64,000 bases of DNA, from contig CM022672.1 in assembly GCA_012295275.1 (NCBI GenBank), forward strand, positions 10,292,001 through 10,356,000, given 5' to 3'. Shown in pieces: positions 30,148 through 46,272 of the stretch (within the stretch, counting starts at the first letter, position 1; each line of letters opens with the position of its first letter). The notes beneath the pieces are model-generated. The model did no database searches, had not been told where the DNA came from, and was given only the letters and a program-made list of their open reading frames with translations. The DNA comes from Chrysomallon squamiferum (Eukaryota; Animalia; Mollusca). The translations under genes and the position numbers were made by a program.

Positions 30148-30763
30148 ATATTCAGTATCTGTATATAATTATGTCTGTTTTCGAACTGGTATGTGAAGGA
30201 TTTATTGCTGTATTATTATTATTATATATATAAGCTTTCAATATGTTTACACAGGACTTAATATCATCCGCATACATTTAATAATTTCGAGACCATTGAT
30301 TATTACTTAAAACTAATAAACGTAATATTGTTTCACCGATTTTCAATGCAGCTTTAAGATCCAAGATTCATTACAGCGATTGTATTATAGAAACCCGAAT
30401 ATTCAGTTGATCAAACAAATGTTAGATCAGATTTGAAACACAAAGCTAACGTAGAGTCGATTTGGTCTCCAGTACAAAGATAAGATGAAAACATTGGGGA
30501 TCATGTTTTAAAATTTCATCCTAAAACGAAATATTTTAAGACAGGTGTCCGGTTTTAAGATGGGAGCGTTTTGAGTAGAAACACTTGAGAAACTAGTTGA
30601 CATTGTTTTAAGTGCATTGATTTCTTCTACGTTTTCTCACCGCTATTTCGTAATTTATGTTATTTTATTTTATATTTCTTTTTACCTTTATTACATTTTT
30701 TTCCCCCTTTTTATTATTTTATTTTTAATATTTTAGTTTAGTTTAGTTTAGTTTATTAATAAA

Positions 30764-30795
<32 letters not shown>

Positions 30796-30799
30796 TAAC

Positions 30800-30836
<37 letters not shown>

Positions 30837-32033
30837 GTTTATTTTTTAAATATTTTATTTACTTAGTTTTTTATAGTTCAGTTTAGTTTAGCGTAATTTT
30901 TTTTTTTTTTTTTTATTGTTTGTTATTTTGGTTACGTTTTATTCATTCTGTTTTGATTTGTTTTTATTGTTTTAACGTTTTATATATTTTTAATCTGTTT
31001 ATTTATTAATTAAGTTATTTTAACATTATTATTTTTTTTTTTTTTAAATCATATATCATTTATTTTTTGTCTATGTCTTTATTTTATTTATTTATTTATT
31101 TATCTGGACAAAAATCTCGTCAAATTACTTCATTCTGGCTATAAAATGAAAATTTAATAATAATAAAAGCAACAACAACAACAAGAAAAATATATATATT
31201 TTTTTAAAACGATCACAGTTAATTTGTATCATTATTATTTTTTTTGCTGAACATTTAAATAGTATCTTATTTTTGCAACTCATGACCCCAAAAAGGCTGA
31301 AGCTCCATTATTTATTTATCTATTTATTTATTTAATTATTTATTTATTTATTTACTAGTTTCTTGTTTATTAATTTATATTTATATCATCAAGATCAATA
31401 TTATTATTATTATTATCATCATCATCTTACTATTATTATCATGTTGTTGTTTTTATTGTTGTTGTTGTTATTATGCACCATTCCCTTCTTTCTTTATTGG
31501 TTTATTTATACATCAAACCTGTAATTATTTCTAAAATTTTATATCTTTTTTTCACGATCTGCTTTGATATCAGGTTTTTTCAAAAAATATTTCAACCACA
31601 AGTATGGCCTTCAGTATGCACGAATGCTTTCACACACACGTCCACACACACACACACACGCACGCACACACACACACCCTTACCTCATTTACTCTATTTC
31701 TGCAGAACGTGGCTAAGTTAAATCCGGTTTACAAGCACTCAGAGAGTGTGGTTAAACAAAAAACAAAGAAATTAAATTAAAATAACGATTTTCTGAATAA
31801 GTGTTTATTTACGTACAGTTTTATTATCCCGTGAAAAAGGTGAGGAGAAAACATACCACCCAGCTTTCTTTCAGTTAAGAATATTATATCCAGGAAATTA
31901 CGTTTTTTCTTGCAATATTAATAAAAACATAATGTAAATATAAATCTTCAGTTTTTTGTCTCCAAAGACAGAAACAGTTTTTACTTAATAAATATATTTA
32001 AGAATAACTGTCTCTCTGTGTGTGCGCGCGCGC

Positions 32034-32064
<31 letters not shown>

Positions 32065-33051
32065 TCTGCGGGTATATGTGTATGCGCATGGGTATGTGAA
32101 GATTCGTCTTCTGTGTTATAAAAGAATGTCAACTCTGTTTGCGTGCGTGCGTGTGCGTGCGTGCGTTTGTGCAAATGCATGTAAACTGGCAAAATTCGGA
32201 CATTTCTGAAAAGTATTTATTAGAAAAATGTATCGAGAACGTGTAACGGGAGAGCCATTTCACGCGTCAGTACCACTGTCCTTTTTGCCAAATCGCAACC
32301 TTACCGTGAACAAAACGTAAACTTCGAGTTCCCCACCACAAAAACACATAAAACTCTATTGGTAATCGAACTTAGCTGCTACTTCAACAGCAGATGTAAA
32401 AGATAGCTCGGCTATCAAATGACAACTAGCGACAGTCCTACTATGAATTTTAAAGAAGGAAAAAAAAAAAAAAAAAATAGTTTCATTCAATAAAGGGGAC
32501 ATACAATAAAAAAAAAAAAAAAAACTTCCGACAAAAAAAAAATGCAGTGAGGCTGATCGTACGTATAAGATATTCTGTTGGACTGTTGTTATATAAGGTA
32601 TGACTGTAGGCGTGTGAAAGTCGACTAGTTCCTGACGTGCTCTATTATTACCTGTTACTACTTACCTGCAAAGCGGCGCCTTTGATCTGGAAAGAAGGAC
32701 ACGATCTCTAGAATGGATGGTTCGTTCAGATACGAGTTTAACCCGCCAAGTAAGGAATATTATTACATGAAAGTTAAAATTTGTTTGAAATTTGCTATCA
32801 TCGATTATCGATCTGTGTGATAAATTTGTAAATTTTATTTATTTTAGATTTTATTTTAAATTTGCTGTTGTGATATTGGTATATTCTTTTTCACTGTTAC
32901 TGTTATTGTAGTTATTGTTATTATCATCATCATCATCATTATTGTTGTTATTACTGTCATTTTTTTTTTATCTTTTGATTGTTGTTATTATTATTACTGT
33001 TATTATTATTATTATTATTGTTGTTGTTATTGTTATTGTTATTTTTATTAC

Positions 33052-33120
<69 letters not shown>

Positions 33121-33495
33121 CAGTAACTGAATTTTCCACTCTCATTCATTTTATCTCCTTCCTTCAAAAGCGACTGTATAAATTATGTTTCTTACATTGC
33201 CAATTTAGTCTCTCTTTTTTTTTTTTTACAAAAAAAAAATCTGTTATAGATTGAGTTTCTTTCATTTACATAATACTGCATTACCGTTGTTTTCTTTTGA
33301 CGGTTCGTCGCGTTTTGCAACTCAAGAAATGTTCTGTTTTGTTCCGACACAAAAACGAGTCTGTCATTCTGCAGTCGACAATTTTTACCACCAGCAGATT
33401 TAGAAAGGGCGCCATAAAACATGAGATAACATGTATTTAAAATTTTTATGTTTTCATCGCCGCAAATGTAACGGGAGACGCACAAGAGGGAGAGA

Positions 33496-33499
<4 letters not shown>

Positions 33500-33584
<85 letters not shown>

Positions 33585-33630
33585 GAGAGTCAGACCATAA
33601 AAAAGAAAGACAGAGATGTATAACCCAGAG
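33500..33630 (-). repeat. (AG)n plus a unique flank shared with 60888-60920 and 61163-61205
   Basis: The reverse complement reads ggttatacatctctgtctttcttttttatggtctgactctct versus ggtttatacatctctgtctttcttttttattctgtctgactctct at 61164. Confidence 0.75.
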
Positions 33631-34742
33631 AGATAATTATAGAAAGAAAGAGTCAAATAGAGAGAAGAAGAGAGAAAGATAAAAACATTTTAAAAAGACA
33701 AATGCACTGCGTTCAATTCTGATGTGATTTTTGGTTTACACACACACACATACATATATATATTTAATATAATTTAATTTTTATTTTATTTTGTTTTATT
33801 TTAAATTATTTGTTTTAATGTTTTTTATTTTATTTTATTTTATTTTATTTTTAATTATTTTATTTTATTTTGTTTTGTTTTATTTTATATTAGGTATCTT
33901 TTTTTTATTATTATTGGATTGTTTGTTTTTGTTTCTTATCTAAATTAATTTTTATATGCTTTTTTAAGCTTACTATATTATTATGTTTTCACTATTATTA
34001 TTATTACTTAGTAAGATTTGTTTTAAAGATTATTCGACGCAATTCCTTTGTGAAATTAATATATATATATTAATATACTAATTTTCTTAATTATTATTTT
34101 TTTTATTTTGCATCGTCTGCCTAAATCGCTATCTGTTTTTTAATTTATTTATTTTATTTTTTTTTAAATTATCAGAGCAGTTTAATCGAAACACATACAC
34201 ACAACGACTTCTCCCTTTACGATACATTTCTTCAACTACTTTAAAAAAATAAAAAAATAATAATTAATTAATTAAAATATAAAAATGACATGATCAGGTG
34301 TATCATTTTACATATCATAATGATATATGTTTGCTATTAAACTTTAAAATTACAACTTAAAAAAATATACCTGTCTTTGTTCTCAATTGCTCAGAAAAAA
34401 TGTCAGCGTTTTCTCTTTTTACGAAAACAAACCGGTAAGTTTTTCTTACTGCACCTCAAAATAAAGGTTATCAGCGGAAATAAAGTTCGCGCAATCGCAG
34501 CTTTAACAAAAATCAGAACATCTTCTGAAAAGGCCTGCTATGACAAACTGTAAACTGAACAACAGTATTATATGTATGAAGATTAGCTGATCTCCGGAAA
34601 GGCCTATTATGTCACTCTGGAAACATTGCATTATATCAGTGAAGATTATCTCCTACACAACGGGTGGCACTGTGTTAAAATTTAACTGATTTTAATTCCT
34701 CTTTTATTTAACTTCTTTTAAGTATTTTTTCTCATAAAGAGA

Positions 34743-34944
34743 TTCTTCTTCTTCTTTTTCTTCTTCTTCTTCTTCTTTTCTTCTTCTTCTTCTTCTTTTT
34801 CTTCTTCTTCTTCTTCTTCTTCTTCTTTTTCTTCTTTTCTTCTTCTTCTTCTTCTTCTTCTTCTTCTTCTTCTTCTTTTCCTTCTTTCTTCTTCTTCTTC
34901 TTCTTCTTCTTCTTCTTCTTCTTCTTCTTCTTCTTCTTCTTCTT

Positions 34945-34975
<31 letters not shown>
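34743..34975. repeat. (CTT)n microsatellite
   Basis: ~230-bp near-perfect array. Confidence 0.95.
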
Positions 34976-35607
34976 TTATTATTATTACTATTATTATGCA
35001 ACTGATAGGAAAATAACGACAGGGATTTTTTTTTTTTTTTTTTTTTTCATTGCTTTAAATTACACCATAACTGTCCCCTCTTGTACTTTTTATCATCTAA
35101 ATAAATTACTTGTAAAATTGAACTACATTCTGAATTTTAAAAATGTGTTTATTACAAATGCAAATGGTTTGGTTAATACATATTATATCTTCAAATTTAA
35201 ATTTATATATCACATTTGCAATTTAATGAAACTTGAATGTTTTAAAACAAAGGTTTGTACAATTGGATTGTAAATCTTCTGTGAATAAGCAAACGAATGT
35301 TTCATGTATTTTAATACCAACATTAACAGCTGTTAACAGCCACTTCTGCTGCTGCTGCTACTGTTACCACTACTACTACGTCTGCTATTGCTGTTTCTGA
35401 TGCTGCTGCTATTATTACTACTACTGCTACTTTTACTACCATTACTACTGTCACCACTCTACTACTACTACTAGTACTACTACTACAACTACATTATACT
35501 ACTAGTAGTACTGCTGCTGCATTATTTCTAGTAGAAATTCTAATTTAAAAACATTCTAATACAAATACAGCTAATACCACATTCAATCACATCTACTAGT
35601 ATAAACA

Positions 35608-35890
35608 CACATACATACATTCACACAAATACATACATACAAATACATACATACATACATACATACATACATACATACATTACAATCACATACATACTAT
35701 ACATACATACATACATACATACATACATACACACACACATACATACATACATACATACATACACACATACATACATACATACATACATACATACATACAT
35801 ACATACATACATACATACATACATACACACACACATACATACATACATACATACATATATACACACACACAGTCATACGTATATACATAC
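35608..35890. repeat. (ATAC)n microsatellite
   Basis: Directly visible. Confidence 0.95.
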
Positions 35891-36554
35891 AGACATCTTC
35901 CAGTTTTAATCTACGTTTCCTTTCTCTGTGTGATTTTTCCATTGTCTGATTTATTTTGCTCGTAGTATGTGAGATAGCACGAATATAGATTTGTCAATAA
36001 TTATAAACTGGGAAATTTTCAGAAAAAAAACAACAACCACAACAAAGCTTTTAAATACAGATGTTTCGCTGTTTAAAGATTTTCTATAATTATGAACGTG
36101 TGTGTTTTTAAGTCACTTCACAAAATACGACTTTAATGTCAACGTTTATCGTTGTCTCTGCTTCAGCAACTGATTAATATTCTTTTTATGTCGTTTCGCG
36201 TTTTTAAATGCATCCGTTTGCAAAGGAATATTACCACACGCACGATTTTACATAATACATAAATGCATACGCATGTGCAGTTTGAATGAATGAACGTTTA
36301 ACGAAAAACACGTCGGCTGTGTTTGCAGTTATCAACGTCAGGAATATTACAACGTATATATATAAATTTATACGTATCTGCAAATACCAACACCACAGCT
36401 TATGTTATAATTATATACAAAGTAAGTAACCAAAATTAAATAGTGGATTATAATTATGTGCAAAAATAAGTAACCAATATTGCATTCTATATTATAAAAT
36501 TATATGCAAAATATATAAGTAAGATTACACCATATATTATTAATGTTATTGTTA

Positions 36555-36612
<58 letters not shown>

Positions 36613-37203
36613 ATGCAAATAAATATTCTATATAAAATCCTATATTATAATTTATCATGATTACAATAATAAAATTAGTAAATATATTATTTTAAAATCA
36701 CAATCAACGACATATACATATAGATAAATACATACATCACATACACATACATCACATACACATATACACACACACACATATATATATATACACACACAAA
36801 TATACATACAGACATACATATATTTGTATGTATGCATAAATGTGTTTATGTGTATATACATATACATTCATACATACATACATACATACATACATACATA
36901 CATACATACATAAACACGCACACACGCACACATATATACGCACACACTAATAATAATACTAGTCGGAACAGAATCTGCATTTTTTTCCTCTTGTTTGTCT
37001 GAGGAATTTTAAAAATGTTTCTCGCACTGGATAATTGTCCTGCAAGTTCGTTTCAGTTTCAAAGGTTGCTGATTAAGCATCTCTCTCACGGTTATTCACT
37101 TTTCACTTGTACCTGCCGAGCACGCGATCTCGACACAGAGAGAGAGCTCGCCTGGTGCTTTCTACTGTTAAATAACCCGTCTTTTTAAAGCGATGCAACT
37201 ATG

Positions 37204-37255
<52 letters not shown>

Positions 37256-37763
37256 CTTGCGCGAGTGCTTGCGCGTTTCTTTGTGCTAAAGTTTTGTTTT
37301 AAAATTAATTTTCAAAAAAAAAAAATAAAATAAAGAAAACAAATACTGAAAAAACTAAACAAAATTCTGTTTTCTTTCTTGTGTCTGTTTACGCTAGCCG
37401 AACGGATGAATCGGTTGATTTTTATCAAATAAACGTAACACGACGCTGTCTTCATTATCTGGCTGTGTATTCATACACATCAGTCATGTAAATATATACA
37501 GTTCATATATATATATATATATATATATTGACTAGATACAAAGAATCAAAAATGTTACTCCGACCGGAATGGATATAGTTTATTTTACTGTAACAATAGT
37601 TTATATAAAACACGCATATTAACAGTCCCTGTTGCTTGTTATGTGTCACGCGCTCTGTGCTAGCGTGTTGTGTAAGTCTCAGTCTGTCTGTTTATGTGTG
37701 CGTGTGTTTATTTATGCATGTATGTAATTTGTCGAAATGAATAGCCTGTTATTTTGTTTATGT

Positions 37764-38222
37764 ATTCACGACATCACAAACCCCGTCAGATGCCGCTCAC
37801 GAGACTCGAACGTGTGGCACCCATTCGCCCGCATCTCGACGACGTACGACGTTACTGTTCAGCCATCAAAACTTGAAAAAAGTTTCTTGATAAACGAGGT
37901 GGTAGTCATCGCTTCCCACGAAACACGCCTTTCTTTGTCTTTCGTCATTCTCTGTCCACAAGCAATATTGGGAAATGCACTGGCGCAGGAGGACAAAGTC
38001 CATTCATGTAATGAATGTATTTAAGTATGTGTGTACGTATGTATGTTTACGTATGTAGATATGTAGATATGTATGTATGTATGTATGTATCTGTATATAC
38101 CTGTATGTATGTATCTGTATGTACCTGTATGTACCTATGTGTATGTATGTATTTAGAAATGAATATTCTTAGACTGCACGCAGACAATATTCGGGAACGC
38201 ATTGGCCTTGACGACGATAGCA
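37764..38222 (-). mobile_element. Cluster of tRNA-derived SINE fragments (head, body, body plus (TACA)n tail)
   Basis: The minus strand has an A-box-like TGGCTGAACAGT (37865-37854) and a B box GTTCGAGTC (37811-37803). The body caatattgggaaatgcactggcgcaggaggacaaagtcca (37963-38002) is near-identical to 57320-57359, with a diverged third copy at 38183-38215. Confidence 0.65.
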
Positions 38223-40117
38223 TTAGGCGTCCGAGACAACATTTTCCTTATGTATTTGATCATGTAATTCACATATAAATATATCTATATCTATATATAT
38301 ATCATAACCAAAAGTAAATTAAGGAATGCGTATATGTGTCAGATATTATTTTAAATACACCATAAAAAAAAAAAGAGAATAATAATTTTAAAAAAAGCAC
38401 ACAAAAAGAAATCTCGCCAGATTTCACATATAGTATTTAGTCTCGTGACGTCAGAGAATTGTCCAGTGCTCCGTCAGCATGTGAGTTTGTTTCATTCCCA
38501 CGAAAGCGCGAACCAAATGACCACATTTTTTTATCTACAATAATTTATCTCGCCTGTATATTTATAAAATAAAAAAAAACGTCGTGCAAATATGAAAAGG
38601 TTACATTTGATACGCACGCGCTTGTTTCATTAGAATTTTGTGTTTTCAAAACTTATTCCCACGAACTTGATCTGTTCGCGTGTCTGTTGGCAGTTTGACG
38701 TCTGCAAGTTTTTCTAAAAAAAAAAAATGGGAAGTAAGGGAAATAATTTGAACTAAAACAAAAAAAAAGGGCAAACAAGCAAATATTGCCAACATTCATA
38801 TTTGGTGTTAAAGGAAATTGATTGAGGAGTGATATGTATGTGATTGTTTTTCCGTCAATGTGTTTGTTTGTTCGTTTTTTTTTGTTTTTTTGTTGTTGTT
38901 TTTTTTAAGGAAGGTTAACTATTTTGTTAATTGCAGTATATAAAAATTTAATACATAAAAAGAGAAATAAACTAAATCTCGATGTAAATTCATTTTGTTT
39001 GACGAAACATTTATAATTATGGTCCGTCGCTCACTATTTTGTAAATTTGTTTCTTTCTCTACGATTATCGCCTTACTTAAATTTGATCTGTGTGAATCTG
39101 TCTCCGTCTGTGTATGTAAAAATGAATGTGTGTATGTAAGATATTAATTTTTCATCTAAATTTATATGAAAAATTATTTAAAATAAAAACAGACAAAAGA
39201 ATTTTACATCCATTTATTTAATTAAAGATTATACATATATATATATAGTTATTTGTTTTTGTTTTTATGTAAGTGTATGTTTAATAACGAGGTGAACTTG
39301 GTTTTATTATTTTAATTATTATTACTACTACTACTACTGCTACTGCTACTACTACTACTATTACTATTTATTTATTTATTTACGTATTTATTTATGTGAA
39401 TAAAAATATCATTTAGACAATGAGAAAACAATCTGCTGATAAAGAAAAATAATTAAAAAATAAATAAAAATTAAATACAAATAAATACACAGGCAGCAGC
39501 ATGAACACGCAACTAGTTCACTGTAAAAATCATAACATAACGTTTTCCCTGCAGTAATTAAACTTTACGTCAACTGATTTCTACAGAGAAGAGTTAACAC
39601 CGCTTGTATCGCGTTGTATCGTTTAACGAAATCTGATTTTGCACGAAACTTCTGCCATCCATTTTACCCCGACAGCTGGGTAGGATTTTTTTTTTTTTTT
39701 TAATTTTTAAATTTTTTTTTTTATTTGTTTGTCTACCCTTCTATTAGTTTATAATACAAAATAAATAAACAAGTTCTTGTTTTACGCCCGGCGAAAAAGA
39801 AGACAAACGTATTACCCACGATACTGCAATGTCATCACCAAAGTCCCATTGAAACTCGCCGAGGAACTCTGAGGCGTCTGGAATGCGTCTGCGTTAATTA
39901 ATATCTCCGTGGGGAGGTGTAGAAAATCCAACTAAACTCTGACGTTACATAAGATGGATTAGACAGGACTGCCACGCCGTGTCACCTCGTCACCATCTGG
40001 CATTGAGCTTCTAAAAACAATAACAAAACTGAAATAACTGTCTCCATTATGGGTTTCAACGTTAGTAACAGGTCGATTGTCCGCGTGTGTCACTTGTTCC
40101 GAGTTTGAAAACTTAAA

Positions 40118-40151
<34 letters not shown>

Positions 40152-40458
40152 AGAAGAAGAAGACGAAGAATGTTGAATCGAGTTTTGTAAAGACATTGCC
40201 AGACGTTGAAGAGCGCCAAGGAATATTGTGTTAACAGTAATAGTCGTAATGAATAGTGTCTGCGACGTTAGATGATCAATTACGAAGACGAGAGAAGCTG
40301 TCGCGATGTTGTATGTGTGTGTGTATGTTTTTAATAACAGATGGAAAATGATACGGGAATTCTGTAGCTGTAGTGATATATTAATGTGTGTGTATCACTT
40401 TGTGATCCCGTGGGCGTACGCGTGTGTATGTGTGTGTCATAGAAGTAGACTGTGATCT

Positions 40459-40494
<36 letters not shown>

Positions 40495-40532
40495 TATATA
40501 TATATGTATGTATTTATATATATATATATAAA

Positions 40533-40577
<45 letters not shown>

Positions 40578-41640
40578 CAGCTTTATACGATATGTTTGAA
40601 GATGGCGTCGCCCATTTCCTGCATTGCATAGCACATTCTTGAATTGTTGTTTTTGTCGCCAAACGCTTGTCCGAAAAAAAAACGTGCGTGTTCAACCCAT
40701 TTGGTACATAATTTTGATAATTCAATCATTCAACATCATTCCAAACATATTTATATTTTACAAATACCGCGATGTGGCGGAATTTTGAGGTAGAAAAGAT
40801 GGAGCGGCTGGCACAAATCAGAGATTTGTTTTCAGTTTTCAAACGCAACATTTCTAAAAACATAAGTATTCCTCGTGTTTATTTTTGAGTTTTATGACGT
40901 GCAATTTACGACAGGTTGTGTTTGTTCTGGGTGCTGGTGTGATCGATGTAAATAAAAATTATGTTTTAAAAAAATTGTCTGTCATTTTTTTTTGTTCTTC
41001 TAATGAGAGGACGCCTGCAGTGTGTGGGGGGGATACTTTTGCTCGTCCCCTCGGGTGTCGCTGCATGTTTACGTGTTGATGTGTGTGTCTTTGCAGGACT
41101 GTTTATATACAATATAATTATCTTCATATAATATAGTTACGCTCATGTATATGCACGTATATCAGTGTGAACTAGGAAATACGCATAATGGTAAGTCAAA
41201 ACTAAAATGCGTAAAATTAATAATAATTTAATCATAAATTAATTAAAACAAGTCACACGACACTACGAACAAATGACGATGACGGAACAATAGCCGGCGC
41301 CAGAAGTAAAAAAACACACACAAAAAAAACAACTAACAACAACAAGACAATAAACCATTCACTGCAGACAAAACATCAAAATTAAATTATAAAAGGACCG
41401 CAGTAAATCAGAATGAGGAACAAACAGTGTATTGCTTAGACAAAGGACGTGTTCCGAGTCGGTGGGTATGATGTGTGTTGTCTGGCTGCGTTTCTGTTCT
41501 CAGAACGGGCAGCTCGATAGAGAATCATACCTGAATGTTAATTATCAGAAATCCGATAAATCAAGTGGAAAATGACTTCACTGTTAATTGCCTGAAGATG
41601 TAATTACATCTAGTGTTGAGTGGATGTCACGGAGCAAGCG

Positions 41641-41870
<230 letters not shown>

Positions 41871-42069
41871 ATGAAATAGTGAACGACAGAAAGAGAGCGA
41901 CACGAAAAGAAACAGAAGCAGAGAGTGAGTGAATGAATGAGAAAGAGAGAGGGAGGGAGGGAGAGAGAGACCGAGAGAATGAAAGAGCGAACGAAAACAA
42001 ATTAATTAATGGGAAAAAAAGAGATAAATTTTCGTTACTTTTTAAACAATGAAACTTTATACTGACAAT

Positions 42070-42111
<42 letters not shown>

Positions 42112-42171
42112 ATAATAATAATTATAATAATAACAACAACAAAAATAATAATAATAATAATAGTTATTAAT

Positions 42172-42390
42172 AATATATTATATATTGTATTATATTATAT
42201 TATATTATATTATATTGTATTGTATTATATTGTATTGTATTGTATCGTTTCGTATCATATCGTTTGTTATCGTATTGTATTATATTATATCATAACTATA
42301 TTGAATTACATTGTTATATTACATTACTAAACAAATTATTATAATCCACTGTATTGCACTGCATTGCATTGTATTGTTATATCGTATTGT
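42172..42390. repeat. (ATATT)n/(GTATT)n pentanucleotide tract
   Basis: Directly visible; a related (ATATT)/(ACATT)n tract lies at 56742-56918. Confidence 0.85.
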
Positions 42391-42894
42391 GTTCCTTCAT
42401 TAACTAAATGCGCAAACACCAAAGGATAATTTCAAAGGTGAAACAATTTAAGTGTATATTTTACAGTTTTTCACTGTTACAAACTGGGCTGTGTTTCACG
42501 CGATGAAGTATATTATTCGTAGGTGTACGGTGCATTAGGTTCAAGGTGGTGTGTTTAGTCACATAATATTTCATTAAGTTTGTCTCCGCTGTAAAATAAT
42601 CTAAAACAGAAACGCGATGATTAAGAGTGCGTGGGTGATAAAACGTCATTTCCCACTTTCAAGTATAATTTATTTAAAAATCAGACTCAGTGTAGAGACG
42701 AAACACATAATTAAAAGTTAGGAACAGAAATATGGAAAGTAGTTGAAACGAATGAAAAGAAATATAAAAGAAGGAATGAAAAGAAAGAAAGAGGGAACGA
42801 ACAAATCAATGAAAAATTAATAATGAATGAATGAAAGGGAAAAAGAACGAACAGATAAAAAAAAAACAATAAAGAAGAAAAGAAGAATGGAATA

Positions 42895-42930
<36 letters not shown>

Positions 42931-43309
42931 AAATACAGATGTTTTATTGTAATTCAATTATTTCTGTAAATGCAGCTGTGATATTATCATTATTATTTCA
43001 ATCTTCGTTTCGCTTTCATTTTTCACTTTCTGTTTTTCTTTCTACTTTTGCTCTTTTTGTTGTCTTTTATTTATTTTTTTGTGTGTGTGTGTGTGGTTTT
43101 TCTTCTTCTGTTAACAGCACTAAGCAGCGGCGTTTCTGTGTGACAGCACAAAACGTTCTTCAGAGAACTTACGGAAACCCAAGTGGCGCAAATAACGTGG
43201 TAATCACAAAAAGAACAACTGTCGTCTGTTGTAACAGCTGTGAAGTTTTTGTAAAGAAAAGTTCTTTTTATTAACCTAATCCTTCAATTATTTTCAATCT
43301 CTGTCGTTA

Positions 43310-43375
<66 letters not shown>

Positions 43376-46209
43376 TATTATTATTATTATTATCATTATT
43401 ATTATTATATTTTATTATTATTATTATTATTATCGTCATCATCATCGTTGTCATCATAATTATTATTATTACTGCCCCTACTATTTATCATTATTATTAT
43501 ATATAATTATTATTACTATCATCGTCATCACCATTATTATTACTGCTCCTAATATTTATTATTATTATTATTGATGTTGTCGTTATTGTTGTTGTTGCTG
43601 CTGATGTTGCTGCTGAAATCTTCCATTTTTTACGTACTTTCAGTTTAAAAAATCAACTATAAATTAATTTAATATAAAAATAGAAATAATTCATAAAACT
43701 GTAAACCACTGCATAACCATTTATTATTAGAAAAAAAAAAAAATTAATTAAATTAAAATTTATAAAATACATTTAACATAAACGTTATTATTAGAAAAAA
43801 AAAAAAAAAACAATTTCATGCAGATTTAACAAACATTTTTTTTTTTTAATATTTAAATTAAAAAAATCATTAAGCACTCTGCTCTTATTATTATGTTTTG
43901 TATTTTTTAATTAAAATGTACCGAGGCCTGCACGCGCTCTCTCAATTTACTTTCGTTTTTGAAGACTTAAAATCTTAGACGTTCATTTTTGCGCGATGTT
44001 CACGTGTAAATTGTGTTGTGTTCACGGCTGTTGCGAGGCAGATGCGACAAGCCACAAATTTCTATTACGAATCAAAATGACTGCCATTAAATAAACACAA
44101 TATAAACTTACAGCTGTACGTGTTTTGTCCATTACATATACATATATTTGAACGTATGTACGCATTGGTGAATATATGGATATGTATGTATGTATGTATG
44201 TATGCATGCATGTATGTATGTATGTATGTATGTATATATGTATGCAAGTATGTATGTATGTATGTATGTATGTATGCATGTATGTATATATGTATGGTAT
44301 TCTATCTATGAAATTGTATGTATGATATATGACTGTATGTATGCATGTATGTATATATGTATGGTATTGAAATTTATGTAACTGACTACAATGTTAGTAC
44401 TAATATATATATATACACACATACATACACACACACACATATATATACATGTGTATGTGTGTGTATGACTTTGTTAATCCGTCCGTACGTACATACGTAT
44501 ATATGTATGCATGTATGTATAAATATGTGTGTACATGTCTGTTGTATGTACTTCAGACATCACGTAGAATAGCATTTTCGTCACAGCGTCTTCGTTTTTC
44601 AAAATTTATTATTATTTTAGTTTTTCTTTTTATTATTACGATGTTGTTTTGTTTTTTCATACATGAGAAGATCATTTCACATGATTCAAGGTGAAGTGAA
44701 CAGCTGGTTTCAGAACTGACGCTGTTACAAGCCAAAAATCGAAGATTTTCTCGTAATTTTTGAACTTATTTGTCTTTTTCTACGTCATCGATCGAACGTA
44801 ATTCAGCCAAAAAAACATACTTTTGTGTGTGACATCTTTTTTAAAGCCAGGTAATTGCCGCTGATAAAAAGACAAAATTAAAAACTGAGTACAAATGAAC
44901 GAAGTCATTTATTAAGTAAATGCCGATATTTTATTTATTTTTTTTTTTTTTTTTTTTTTTTTCGTTTAAAAATCGAAGACAGTATATATAAAAAAAATAA
45001 TGATATACGTAAGATAGAAAAATATCGGTGATAATAATAAAATTAAATGATAATGTTAGCACGTAATAAAAGCTATTATTATGATAAAACGTCATTAAGA
45101 ATTATGTTAATGATAACAACGTCATTAATCATTCTTCACGTAATTATCTATGGAAATATTTAAGAGTTACGTAAAACAAATAATTTTCACACGTCCGTGA
45201 CAAAAAGAAACTGAGTTTTCCAATAAAAGATGACGAAAATTACATAATAAATAATCGTTTAAAATTAATTTAATAACTTACATTTAATTTTTCATTTATC
45301 GTTCTAATTTTCATTTCAAACTTTATTCTTTATTTCTATCGATTTTCAAAAACACTTTTTAATGTATAGCGTGTATTAATTTATCATTCCAACGAGTCTA
45401 ATATTGTTTTATTTAAATCGAGAAAAATGTAATTCAAAACCAAATCAAATATCTACACAAGAAAAAGTTTATGGGAGGTCACGCCAAAAAAAAAAAAAAA
45501 AAAATTAAAATTAAAAAAAATATATATATTCTTTATGGTGCCTATAAATCTTAACATACTAACAGATGTTAATGATAGGCAAAAGCAGCTTGAACTGTTC
45601 AATTGTTTTAATACAAGTAGGTAGCAGATTTAATACGATTAAGTTAAAGCATTAATTATCTTTTTATCTAGTTGAAAATACTGTAATAATTAATGTGAGA
45701 TAATAACAAAGGCAGTTAAAAACAAAAACAGCCACGTCAGACATACTCAAGGAACATAACTGTAGCAGCCGTAGTTGAAGTAGTAGTGGTAATTCTTGTA
45801 GTAGTAACAGTCAAACAAGTAATTGAAATGGTTGTACTAGTTGTAATAGCAGTAGTGGTAGTAGTAGAAGTTGTAGTTGTTGTTGTAGTTGTAGTTGTGT
45901 TTGTAGTTGTAGTTGTAGCTGTAGTGGTGGTGGTGGTGGTGGTAGTAGTTGTAGTAGCAATAGTAGTAGTAGCAGTAGTAACAATCATAATTATTATCAC
46001 CATTACCACTATGGATTTCGTTAAAAGCAAAACTTGAATGACTTAATACATTAATATAATAAAAGCATGTATAGCCATTTCAGTAAATCTAATAATAATA
46101 ATAAGAAGAAGAAGAAGATGAAGAAGAAAAAGAAGAAAAAGATAACATTTATTATGATAATCATAACAACAACACTGATAACGAGGCGATTATAATAATA
46201 ATAATAACA

Positions 46210-46272
<63 letters not shown>

